NCBI GenBank assembly: GCA_938084645.1 | Contig: CALKEP010000041.1 | Location: 1-15,233, forward strand | Reading direction: 5' to 3' | DNA: 15,233 bases | Source of the DNA: an uncultured Phycisphaerales bacterium | GTDB lineage: Bacteria; Planctomycetota; Phycisphaerae; Phycisphaerales; SM1A02 | Shown: positions 1 through 7,850 of the stretch, one piece after another | How positions within the stretch are numbered: the first letter of the stretch is position 1 | Layout: the number at the start of each line of letters is the position of its first letter | The notes under the pieces: generated by a model | Told to the model about the DNA's origin: nothing | What the model saw: the letters and a program-made list of their open reading frames with translations, nothing else | Database searches by the model: none | Translations under genes and position numbers: made by a program

Positions 1-1
1 C

Positions 2-1720
2 ATGACCTTTCAGGACCTCGGGCTGTCCGCCCCGATCCTCCGCGCCGTCTCCGAAGACGGGTACGAAACGCCGACCCCCATCCAGGCCCACGCGATCCCC
101 GAAGCCCTGACGGGACGCGACGTGCTCGGTTGCGCCCAGACCGGAACCGGGAAGACCTGCGCCTTCGCACTTCCGATCCTCCAGCGCCTCGAAGCCGGCG
201 AACCGCCGATGGCCGATCGTCGCGGCGGTGGCGGCAACCGCCGCGAGCGTCGCCAGGGGATGCGAGGCCGTCCGCCCCGCGCCCTGATCCTCTGCCCCAC
301 CCGCGAACTCGCGGATCAGATCCACGACAGTTTCGTGAACTACGGACGACATCTCCGACTCCGACATGCCGTGATCTACGGTGGCGTCGGACAGGGACGC
401 CAGGTCACCGCCCTTCGAAACGGACTGGACATCCTCGTCGCGACCCCCGGACGACTGCTCGATCTGATCAACCAGGGTCACGTCGACCTCAGCGGGGTCG
501 AGGTCCTCGTCCTCGACGAAGCGGACCGGATGCTCGACATGGGTTTCATCAACGACATCCGACGCGTGGTGTCGCTCGTCCCCGACGATCGGCAGACCCT
601 GTTCTTCTCCGCGACGGTCTCCCCCGAGATCCGGAAGCTGGCGGACTCGATGCTCGAGGATCCGGCCCGGATCGAGACCGCGCCCGAGTCGACCACCGCT
701 GAATCGATCACCCAGCACCTCTACTTCGTGGAGAAGGTCAACAAGCCCGCGATGCTGACGAAGCTCTTCGAGCGGGGCGACATGGGGCGGACCCTGGTCT
801 TCACCCGTACGAAGTACGGAGCCGACAAGCTCACCCGGGTGCTCCGAAAGGCGAAGGTCAAGGCCGAGGCCATCCACGGCAACAAGTCACAGAACGCACG
901 CACCCGGGCGATGGACGCGTTCCGGGCCGGCAAGATCCCGGTGCTGGTCGCGACCGACATCGCATCGCGCGGCATCGACGTCGACGAGATCACCCACGTC
1001 GTGAACTACGACATGCCGATCGAGCCCGAGTCCTACGTGCATCGGATCGGGCGAACCGCCCGCGCCGGAGCCTCCGGCATCGCGATCTCGTTCTGCAGCC
1101 GCGAAGAGCTCCCGCTTCTCCGTTCGGTCGAAAAGCGAACCGATGCGAAGCCCGATGTGCAGACCGACTACCCCGAGCTCACCTTCACCGCCCCCGCACC
1201 GGCGAAGGGTGGATCCGGCAATCACCGACCCGGCGGCGGACCGGCTCCGCGCAAGGGTGGCGGGTGGCAGAGGAAGAACTCCTCCTGGAGTGGTGGCGCG
1301 AAGAAGAATCGACGCCGGAACGCGACGGGCGGGAACGACCACGCCGAGGGAGGCCGCCGTTTCAACGATCCCAAGCCCGCGAGCGGTTCCGCGAAGCCCG
1401 AAAAGAAGACCAGCCACGGCGATCGACCTGCGAACACCGGTGGCGGTGGCGGGGAAGGATCGCGTCCGTGGAAGCGATCCAAGACGTCGCAGGGCGGACA
1501 CGCCGCGGGAGGCGGCGGTGGAAAGCCCGGTCAGGGAGGCGGCAAGCATCGCCCTGCGAGCGGTGGTCCGAAGAAGCGCGGCAAGACCGGCACCCGGTCG
1601 GCTCGACCTGATGGCGGCGGCGGCGGCGGACCGAAGCGCAGCCACTCCAGCGGCCCCGGTCGCCCCGGCAAGCGCGGGAAGGGCGCCGGCCCCCAGGGAA
1701 GATCGGGCGGACGAGGCTGA
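2..1720 (+). CDS. rhlE: DEAD-box ATP-dependent RNA helicase, RhlE-like, with long G/K/R-rich C-terminal tail
   Basis: Q motif (GYETPTPIQ), Walker A AQTGTGKT, PTRELA, TPGRL, DEAD, SAT and HRIGRTAR are all present. The N-terminus MTFQDLGLS resembles RhlE starts, so the gene is probably complete at the window edge. The rhlE subfamily label is by resemblance. Confidence 0.93.
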   Translation: MTFQDLGLSAPILRAVSEDGYETPTPIQAHAIPEALTGRDVLGCAQTGTGKTCAFALPILQRLEAGEPPMADRRGGGGNRRERRQGMRGRPPRALILCPTRELADQIHDSFVNYGRHLRLRHAVIYGGVGQGRQVTALRNGLDILVATPGRLLDLINQGHVDLSGVEVLVLDEADRMLDMGFINDIRRVVSLVPDDRQTLFFSATVSPEIRKLADSMLEDPARIETAPESTTAESITQHLYFVEKVNKPAMLTKLFERGDMGRTLVFTRTKYGADKLTRVLRKAKVKAEAIHGNKSQNARTRAMDAFRAGKIPVLVATDIASRGIDVDEITHVVNYDMPIEPESYVHRIGRTARAGASGIAISFCSREELPLLRSVEKRTDAKPDVQTDYPELTFTAPAPAKGGSGNHRPGGGPAPRKGGGWQRKNSSWSGGAKKNRRRNATGGNDHAEGGRRFNDPKPASGSAKPEKKTSHGDRPANTGGGGGEGSRPWKRSKTSQGGHAAGGGGGKPGQGGGKHRPASGGPKKRGKTGTRSARPDGGGGGGPKRSHSSGPGRPGKRGKGAGPQGRSGGRG

Positions 1721-1833
1721 TCCTCGGATCCGTCCGTCCCCCGGCTCCGGCGGTGATCGGCCCCATCGACTCGATCGGAGCCGTTCGCGGGAAGATTCGA
1801 TCCCGACGATGATCACCGCCGAAGGTGAATCCG

Positions 1834-3690
1834 ATGCCAAGTCTTCTGAACGTCCGCAACCTCGCGAAGTCACACCCGTCGAACCTCCTGTTCGAAGGAG
1901 TCGACCTGCAGGTGGCGACGGGCGAGCGGATCGGACTCATCGGTCCGAACGGTGCGGGCAAGTCGACCCTGATGCGGATCCTCGCCGGCGTCGACACGTC
2001 CGACGCGGGCGAGGTCGCAAGGCAGAAGGGGACGACCCAGATCTACGTCCCACAGGATGATCACTTTCCCGAGGACGCGACCCCGATGTCCGCGGTGACC
2101 GCGGAACTCGACGATGATGACCGACTCGATCCGGAGACCAGGGCCGCGATCGTGCTCTCCCGCCTCGGCTTCGAGGACTTCGAACGGTCGGTCTCGACGC
2201 TCAGCGGCGGCTGGCGAAAACGACTCTCGCTCGCGTGCGCGCTGGCCCACGAGCCCGACGTGCTCATGCTCGACGAACCCACGAACCACCTCGATCTGGA
2301 AGGGGTCGTCTGGCTCGAGCAGTTCGTGAAACAGTCGAACGCGACCTTCATGTTCGTCACGCACGATCGACGCTTCCTCGAGAACACCGCGACCCGGGTG
2401 ATCGAACTGTCGAAGGCGTATCCGGGCGGCACCTTCGAAGCCGAGGGGAACTACACCAACTTCATCCGTCGCAAGGAGGAGTTCCTCGACGCCCAGGCCG
2501 CGGCACAGTCCGTGCTCGCCAATCGGGTGCGTCGCGACACCGCGTGGCTTCGCCAGGGGATCCAGGGACGACAGACCCGCAACAAGACCCAGGTCGACGA
2601 TGCGACCACGCGGCGCGGGGAACTGAAGGCGATCAAGGACCGGAACGCGGCCCCGACGAAGGCCACGACGATCGACTTCCAGGCGACCGACCGGAAGACG
2701 AAGCGCCTGCTGGCCCTCCACGGGGTCGCCAAGTCGATGGGCGGCAAGCGGCTCTTCGAGGGACTCGATCTCACATTGACCCCCGGGCGTCGGCTCGGCC
2801 TGGTGGGGGTCAACGGCTCGGGCAAGACCACCCTGCTCCGGCTGATGTCGGGCGAGCTCGAACCGGATGCCGGGACGATCAAGCGGGCCGCGGAACTCCG
2901 CACCGTCGTCTTCAGCCAGCATCGCGGAACCCTGGTGGCGGAGCAGACGCTCCAGGAGGCGTTGTGCCCGGTCGGCGACATGGTCGAGTTCCAGGGACGC
3001 ATGGTCCACGTCAGTGGATGGGCGAAGCGATTCCTGTTCGAACCCGATCAGCTCTCGACCTACGTCGGAAACCTGTCGGGCGGCGAACAGGCGCGGGTCC
3101 TCATCGCGAACCTGATGCTCGATCCCGCCGACGTGCTGCTGCTCGACGAACCGACGAACGACCTCGACATCCCCTCGCTCGAGGTCCTCGAGGAGGCGCT
3201 GCTCGACTTCCCCGGTGCGCTGGTGCTGGTCACGCATGATCGCTTCATGCTCGAGCGGATCGCGACCGAGTACGTCGGACTCGACGACGCGGGCGGTGCG
3301 AAGATCTTCCAGACCCACCAGCAGTGGATGGAGCATCGCGCCCGCGAGGCGACGACCGCTTCCACTCGTGGCACCGGTTCGAAATCCGGCGCGAGAGCCG
3401 GATCGAAATCGAGCCCCGCATCCGGGGCCACCGCGACGGCCACGGGAACCCCGGGACGCGGACGCAAGCTCTCCTACAAGGAGCAGCGCGAACACGACGG
3501 GATGGAGGAGGCGATCCTCGAGGCCGAGACCGAGGCCGAGCGGCTCGAGGTCGCGACCACCGATCCCGCGGTCGCCGCGGACCATGCGAAGGCCGCCGCC
3601 GCGTTCGAAGCGCTTTCCGTCGCGCAGGAGAAGGTCCGGACGCTGTACGCCCGATGGGCCGAACTCGAGGCGATCCAGTCCGGCGATTGA
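1834..3690 (+). CDS. uup: ABC-F family ATP-binding protein, Uup-like (ribosome-associated)
   Basis: Two ABC cassettes (GPNGAGKS/LSGGW/DEPTNHLD and GVNGSGKT/LSGGE/DEPTNDLD), no transmembrane segments, and a C-terminal coiled-coil starting KLSYKEQRE. ATG 1834 is preferred over GTG 1825 because GAAGG (1821-1825) lies 8 nt upstream. Confidence 0.9.
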   Translation: MPSLLNVRNLAKSHPSNLLFEGVDLQVATGERIGLIGPNGAGKSTLMRILAGVDTSDAGEVARQKGTTQIYVPQDDHFPEDATPMSAVTAELDDDDRLDPETRAAIVLSRLGFEDFERSVSTLSGGWRKRLSLACALAHEPDVLMLDEPTNHLDLEGVVWLEQFVKQSNATFMFVTHDRRFLENTATRVIELSKAYPGGTFEAEGNYTNFIRRKEEFLDAQAAAQSVLANRVRRDTAWLRQGIQGRQTRNKTQVDDATTRRGELKAIKDRNAAPTKATTIDFQATDRKTKRLLALHGVAKSMGGKRLFEGLDLTLTPGRRLGLVGVNGSGKTTLLRLMSGELEPDAGTIKRAAELRTVVFSQHRGTLVAEQTLQEALCPVGDMVEFQGRMVHVSGWAKRFLFEPDQLSTYVGNLSGGEQARVLIANLMLDPADVLLLDEPTNDLDIPSLEVLEEALLDFPGALVLVTHDRFMLERIATEYVGLDDAGGAKIFQTHQQWMEHRAREATTASTRGTGSKSGARAGSKSSPASGATATATGTPGRGRKLSYKEQREHDGMEEAILEAETEAERLEVATTDPAVAADHAKAAAAFEALSVAQEKVRTLYARWAELEAIQSGD

Positions 3691-3734
3691 TCCCGGGGGC
3701 CGGCACGGAGGGGACGCCCGGACTTCGATCCGTC

Positions 3735-3758
3735 GAGGATCAAGATCCTCCGTTTCGT
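3735..3758 (+). terminator. Possible weak intrinsic terminator after uup
   Basis: Inverted repeat GAGGATC-AA-GATCCTC (3735-3750) followed by CGTTTCGT. The U-tract is poor. Confidence 0.3.
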
Positions 3759-3841
3759 CGAGCACCCGAAACCGTGGGATGGTGGAGAGCCCGGTCACGA
3801 GGAAGTGCCGCGAATCCGGGACCAGGCCTGATCGGAGCGCG

Positions 3842-3886
3842 GCATGCGGGGAACGAGCGGCCTGTCCGTCCGCTCCTCACGCATGC
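3842..3886. terminator. Imperfect long hairpin between convergent genes (terminator or 3'-end stabiliser)
   Basis: GCATGCG (3842-3848) pairs with CGCATGC (3880-3886) and GAGCGG (3855-3860) pairs with CCGCTC (3870-3875). It lies 12 nt past the stop of the - strand gene. Confidence 0.4.
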
Positions 3887-3898
3887 TGGGAAGGTCGC

Positions 3899-4876
3899 TC
3901 AGGCTTCGCGTGGGAAAGAGGACCGCAGCAGTTCGAGACTTCGCGGAATCGCGGTCCGCGGGTCCTCCATGCCTTCGAACTCCAGGGAGATCCAGCCGCG
4001 ATACCCGTGTTCATCGAGTATCCGACCGATGCGTGGATAGTCGAGATCCAGCGAATACCACTGGCCACCGCCGAAGTAGGTCTTGGCCTGCACCAGGACC
4101 GTCTTCGGCGCGAGCTTCGCGAGTCGTTCGTACGGTTCCTCGAGGAAGTTGCCGGTATCGGTGGTGATCTGAAGCCACGGCGAGTCCACCGCATCCACGA
4201 TCCGGAGGATTCCCTCGGGGGTCAGGCCGAGTCCCCAGTGATTCTCGAGACCGAGCACCACGCCGCACCGTTCCGCGGTGGGCAGGCACTTCTCGAACGC
4301 CTCGATCACCCACGGATACGCATCCTCGTCGGTGAATCCCGGGAGCGGCGATTCCACGCCCCGGTTCGCCATGAGATCGTCGAAGTCCTTCGAGGTCCCC
4401 CACGTCCCGGTGTTCACTCGCATCACCGGAATCCCGAGGTCGTAGGCGATCTCGATCTGCGCGATGGTGCGATCGATGTTGAACTCACGCTTCTCCCGAT
4501 CCGGCGTCACGAACCCCTGATGGGTCGAGAGACCCATCAGGGGCAACCCGAGACGCTGGGCTCGACGCTTGTAGGCCATCCTCCGCGAGCGACTCAGCAG
4601 TTCGTTCTGGCCGATCTGATAGAGCAGGAACTCGATGCCGTCGAAGCCGAACTCATCGGCGAGATCGATGCAGCGATCCATGTCCCGGTACTCATCGTTG
4701 CGAAATCGCCAGAGCGAATAGGTCGACAACGCGATCGGATGGGTTCGTCGGGCCCCCCCGTCGTCGACCACCGCCTCCGCCGTCGCGTCCTGTCGATTCC
4801 CGGCGATCACCGACGTGATCGGGAGGACCGAGGCGACGGCGCCGGTCGTGAGAAAACGTCGTCGATCTTGGCTCAT
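3899..4876 (-). CDS. Tat-exported sugar phosphate isomerase/epimerase family protein (xylose isomerase-like / AP endonuclease 2 TIM barrel)
   Basis: Twin-arginine signal DRRRFL followed by a hydrophobic stretch. Family motifs GFDGIE, LGLENH, DTGNF and GYRGWISLEFE. GGAG lies upstream of the ATG. Confidence 0.88.
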   Translation of the reverse strand: MSQDRRRFLTTGAVASVLPITSVIAGNRQDATAEAVVDDGGARRTHPIALSTYSLWRFRNDEYRDMDRCIDLADEFGFDGIEFLLYQIGQNELLSRSRRMAYKRRAQRLGLPLMGLSTHQGFVTPDREKREFNIDRTIAQIEIAYDLGIPVMRVNTGTWGTSKDFDDLMANRGVESPLPGFTDEDAYPWVIEAFEKCLPTAERCGVVLGLENHWGLGLTPEGILRIVDAVDSPWLQITTDTGNFLEEPYERLAKLAPKTVLVQAKTYFGGGQWYSLDLDYPRIGRILDEHGYRGWISLEFEGMEDPRTAIPRSLELLRSSFPREA

Positions 4877-4921
4877 GTGCAGGCTCCACGGTTCGACTCG
4901 GGGATCGATCTCGTCCCGCGG

Positions 4922-4927
4922 ATGCTA
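4922..4927 (-). promoter_or_regulatory. Putative sigma70 -10 box TAGCAT
   Basis: TAnnnT hexamer in a GC-rich intergenic gap, 45 nt upstream of the ATG at 4876. Confidence 0.45.
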
Positions 4928-4952
4928 CCGCCGCGGACGAACCGACCACGGC

Positions 4953-6299
4953 TCACTCGCCCCCATCGAACGTCACCGGCCGCCGAAGCGGCGTCCTTCG
5001 CCCCGCCGAATCGACCCGGTGCAGTCCATCACCGTCGAAGAGCAACCCGGCCGCTTCGCTGGGATCCCGCCACGCGACGTCGATTCCGATCAGCGTCGGA
5101 CGTCCGTCGATCCAGCCGATGTCCTCCACCACCGTGTGCCCGACCACCACGTGTTCGGCCCCGTGCCGTTCGAGGATCGCGGCGATCGCCTCGTCGGACG
5201 GGCGGCCACCCCACTGCGCCGCGTGTCGCGGAAAATAACCCCGGTACCAGTGCGGCCCCTGCTGGTGCCAGATGAGACCGGTTCGAAGGTCCTCCCGGGC
5301 CGCGGCGGGCCACGCGGGCGGGCCGAGTCCGGAACGGATCGTCTCGTTGATCGCCTCCATCCCGAGTTGGAGTCGATCCAGTTCCGGCGAGTAGCCCGCG
5401 TGCACGAAGAGAAACGGCCCCACCCGGATCACACTGTTGCGGCTTCGAAGCCATCGGCCGAGCTCGCTGGAGGGACCGTGCAGCGCGTCGTAGGTCTCGC
5501 CGATTCGATCGGTGGTGAACCGATACTTGGGATGGATGTACCGGAGATCACCGGCCATCACCATCGATTCGTGATTGCCGAGGACGTAGTGGACGCGTCC
5601 ACCCGCCTGCTCGGCCTCACGCTCGAGTCGCCGAATCGTCCAAAGCAGCTCCGTCACCTCCGCGCCGCGGTCGACGATGTCGCCATCGAGCACCAGATGA
5701 CCATCTCCCCAGGTCCACCGCCCCCGGTCGTCGATGACGCCGTTGCCGCGAAGAAAGGTCATGAACGTCTCCCGATTCCCCTCGAGATCGCTCACGGCGA
5801 GAATCCGTGTGGCATCCGGCCAATCCGCCGCGGGCGCCTCGGAAAACGCACCCACGATCACCTTCGGAATCAGCCCGCTCGGCGTCGGGATCGCGTCACC
5901 TGCGGCGATCCCGTCATGCTCGGTTCGTACGACCTCCCCATCGACGACGGTGATCATCACCGCCGAATCGGCATCGCTCCACAGGAGATACGGCCCGTCC
6001 TGAACGGCCTCCGGGCCGAAACCGAGCGGCGACAGCGTGGTGACGTGTCGGGCCCCGTCTCGAGCCTCGAACTTCACCCACACCAGCTCACCTGCCGCCG
6101 GCACGACCACCGATCCGAGCGTCGCGACGTCTGGATCGACGATGTACGCGTCGCCATCGATCCGCCAGACGCCGGTGCCATCGCCATCCACCGCCTCGAA
6201 CACGCCGACGGCGTCGTCTGCGAACACCGGAGGAGCCAACACCGCTCCGCACACGGCAAGACCGGCGAGGAACAGGACGAGCGGGGTTCGACGGGACAT
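4953..6299 (-). CDS. Exported calcineurin-like metallophosphoesterase, Shewanella-like phosphatase (Shelph/SLP) type, with extra N-terminal beta domain
   Basis: Sec signal peptide ending VFA-D. Motifs SDLEG, GDIVDRG, LGNHE, FVHAG and VVGHT, plus the W.WG.GHLV segment and RYIHPKY typical of Shelphs. GGAG lies upstream. Confidence 0.88.
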   Translation of the reverse strand: MSRRTPLVLFLAGLAVCGAVLAPPVFADDAVGVFEAVDGDGTGVWRIDGDAYIVDPDVATLGSVVVPAAGELVWVKFEARDGARHVTTLSPLGFGPEAVQDGPYLLWSDADSAVMITVVDGEVVRTEHDGIAAGDAIPTPSGLIPKVIVGAFSEAPAADWPDATRILAVSDLEGNRETFMTFLRGNGVIDDRGRWTWGDGHLVLDGDIVDRGAEVTELLWTIRRLEREAEQAGGRVHYVLGNHESMVMAGDLRYIHPKYRFTTDRIGETYDALHGPSSELGRWLRSRNSVIRVGPFLFVHAGYSPELDRLQLGMEAINETIRSGLGPPAWPAAAREDLRTGLIWHQQGPHWYRGYFPRHAAQWGGRPSDEAIAAILERHGAEHVVVGHTVVEDIGWIDGRPTLIGIDVAWRDPSEAAGLLFDGDGLHRVDSAGRRTPLRRPVTFDGGE

Positions 6300-6331
6300 G
6301 CGTGATCTCCGAAAAAGTGGGAACAGGGCCG

Positions 6332-6337
6332 AGTCTA
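6332..6337 (-). promoter_or_regulatory. Putative sigma70 -10 box TAGACT
   Basis: TAnnnT hexamer 32 nt upstream of the ATG at 6299 and downstream of the strong terminator at 6414-6441. Confidence 0.5.
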
Positions 6338-6413
6338 GCGGCGATCACCGCCCTCGCGAACATCGAACGCGGTGACCGGGAAGTTCGGATTCCCCGATCG
6401 TCTGGTGCCATCG

Positions 6414-6441
6414 AAAAGGACCCCGGCCGAAGCCGGGGTCC
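6414..6441 (-). terminator. Rho-independent terminator of the TlpA-like gene
   Basis: Perfect 10-bp stem GGACCCCGGC/GCCGGGGTCC with a cUUCGg tetraloop on the - strand, followed by UUUU (AAAA at 6414-6417). It starts 27 nt after the stop. Confidence 0.9.
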
Positions 6442-6468
6442 CGTGGTCGAGTCCGTCGATGCCCTCGA

Positions 6469-7764
6469 TCAGCCCTTTTCGGTCGCCTTCTTCTCCGCGA
6501 CCGAGGGGGGATGCTTCAGGCCCGCCTTCTCAAGAAGCCCGTTGATCTTCTCGACCTTGTCGGCGAGCGGATCGGCGGGGTGCAGGTTGTTGTAGGCGAC
6601 CTTGCCGTCCGGCGCGATGATCGCGACGTGGGGAATCCCCCTGATCCCGAAGTCGGGGTTGAACACATTCTGCTTGGTGAAGGCCACCGGCCAGGTGACG
6701 TCCATCGCCTCGCCGTACTCCGCCATCATCTTGCATTCGCCGGCGAAGTCCTCGGCCTCCACCTTGCCGCGATCGTCGCGGAAGATCACGCTTCCCTGCT
6801 CGCTGGTGAGGCCGAGCACGACCACGTCGTAGCCGTCGTAGTACTCGACCAGCTCCCGGACCTGCGGGAACGAACCGACGCACGGTCCGCACCAGGTGGC
6901 CCAGAAGTCGAGCACCACGACCTTGCCCTTGAGCGAGCCGAGGTCCTTCCAGTCGGCCCCCTCGCTGTTCCAGAGCAGATCGACCTTCGGGGCGGGGTAA
7001 CCCATGAGTTCACCCCGTCCCGCCGGACCACCGAGGAACGCGAGCGTGCTCTTCATCCGGCCCGCGTTTCGACGGTGGCCTTCGGCGTCGGCTTCAGGCG
7101 CCGTCTTCGCGAGTTCCTCGGACTTCGCCATGCCCTTCTCCATCGCCGCCATGAGACGACCGTGGATCGCGCGGCGCTGGTCGGCGTCGACCTTCGCCTT
7201 GGAGAGGAGTTCGGGGTACGACGGCCAACCGGTCATGAACATCGTCGCGTCGCCGTCCGGCATCCGGTCGACAAGCAAGACCAGTTCGCCCTGCATCGGA
7301 ACCAACTGCTCCTCCGAGAGGGCACCCATCGCCTGGATGACGTCGCCGATCCGATCGTCCGGGACTTCCGCGAATCCGTGCGGCGTCGCGAACGCGAGGG
7401 CCTTCTCGTTCTCGCCCATGCCGGCGAGCATCAGGCACGCGTCGAGCCACTCCGGACCCGCGGCGGCCTCCTCGATCCTCGCCATCCAGATTGGCTTCGC
7501 GTTCGGGGAGTACGCCCACAGCATCTGCATCGCACCGATCGTCTCCATGTCGCACTCGGCGGGATCGACGCCGTTGAGCTGCGCGTCGAGCACGGCGTGG
7601 AAGCCCGGGTCGTCGAGGGAGAAGTCACTGCCTTGCGCGCGGTAGTAGGTCATCGCGGCGGCGGTCTTCTCCTTGATCTCCGCCTCGGTCGGCGGTGCGG
7701 CGTTGGAGAAGGAGGGACATGCCAGCACGAAGGCGGCGGCGGTCATGGTGATGGTCGGATTCAT
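6469..7764 (-). CDS. Exported TlpA/ResA-like thiol-disulfide oxidoreductase with a large N-terminal domain
   Basis: Signal peptide (…SNA-A). KGKVVVLDFWATWCGPC, with CxxC at 6880-6891. cis-Pro loop RGIPH. Strong SD GAAAGGA upstream. Confidence 0.9.
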   Translation of the reverse strand: MNPTITMTAAAFVLACPSFSNAAPPTEAEIKEKTAAAMTYYRAQGSDFSLDDPGFHAVLDAQLNGVDPAECDMETIGAMQMLWAYSPNAKPIWMARIEEAAAGPEWLDACLMLAGMGENEKALAFATPHGFAEVPDDRIGDVIQAMGALSEEQLVPMQGELVLLVDRMPDGDATMFMTGWPSYPELLSKAKVDADQRRAIHGRLMAAMEKGMAKSEELAKTAPEADAEGHRRNAGRMKSTLAFLGGPAGRGELMGYPAPKVDLLWNSEGADWKDLGSLKGKVVVLDFWATWCGPCVGSFPQVRELVEYYDGYDVVVLGLTSEQGSVIFRDDRGKVEAEDFAGECKMMAEYGEAMDVTWPVAFTKQNVFNPDFGIRGIPHVAIIAPDGKVAYNNLHPADPLADKVEKINGLLEKAGLKHPPSVAEKKATEKG

Positions 7765-7792
7765 CGATCGGTCCTTTCAAGAGTGGAGTTCC

Positions 7793-7798
7793 AGCCTA
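7793..7798 (-). promoter_or_regulatory. Putative sigma70 -10 box TAGGCT
   Basis: TAnnnT hexamer preceded by TGG (extended -10-like TGn), 28 nt upstream of the ATG at 7764. Confidence 0.5.
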
Positions 7799-7850
7799 CC
7801 ACGAGGCGACGGACCGCCGTGCCGGCCGTCCGCACGTCCCCCCGTGGCGT

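Noticed and set aside
1809..2060. Out-of-frame upstream ATG overlapping the uup start as a leader peptide
   Set aside because: It has no convincing SD and a featureless peptide, and it is part of a longer spurious GC-rich frame.
3376..3411. Short tandem GSKS duplication in the Uup C-terminal linker
   Set aside because: Ordinary low-complexity linker variation.
6343..6352. GATCACCGCC recurs in the intergenic regions at 1811-1820 and 6343-6352
   Set aside because: It is a 10-mer in GC-rich, GATC-rich DNA and lies in different orientations relative to the genes, so chance is plausible.
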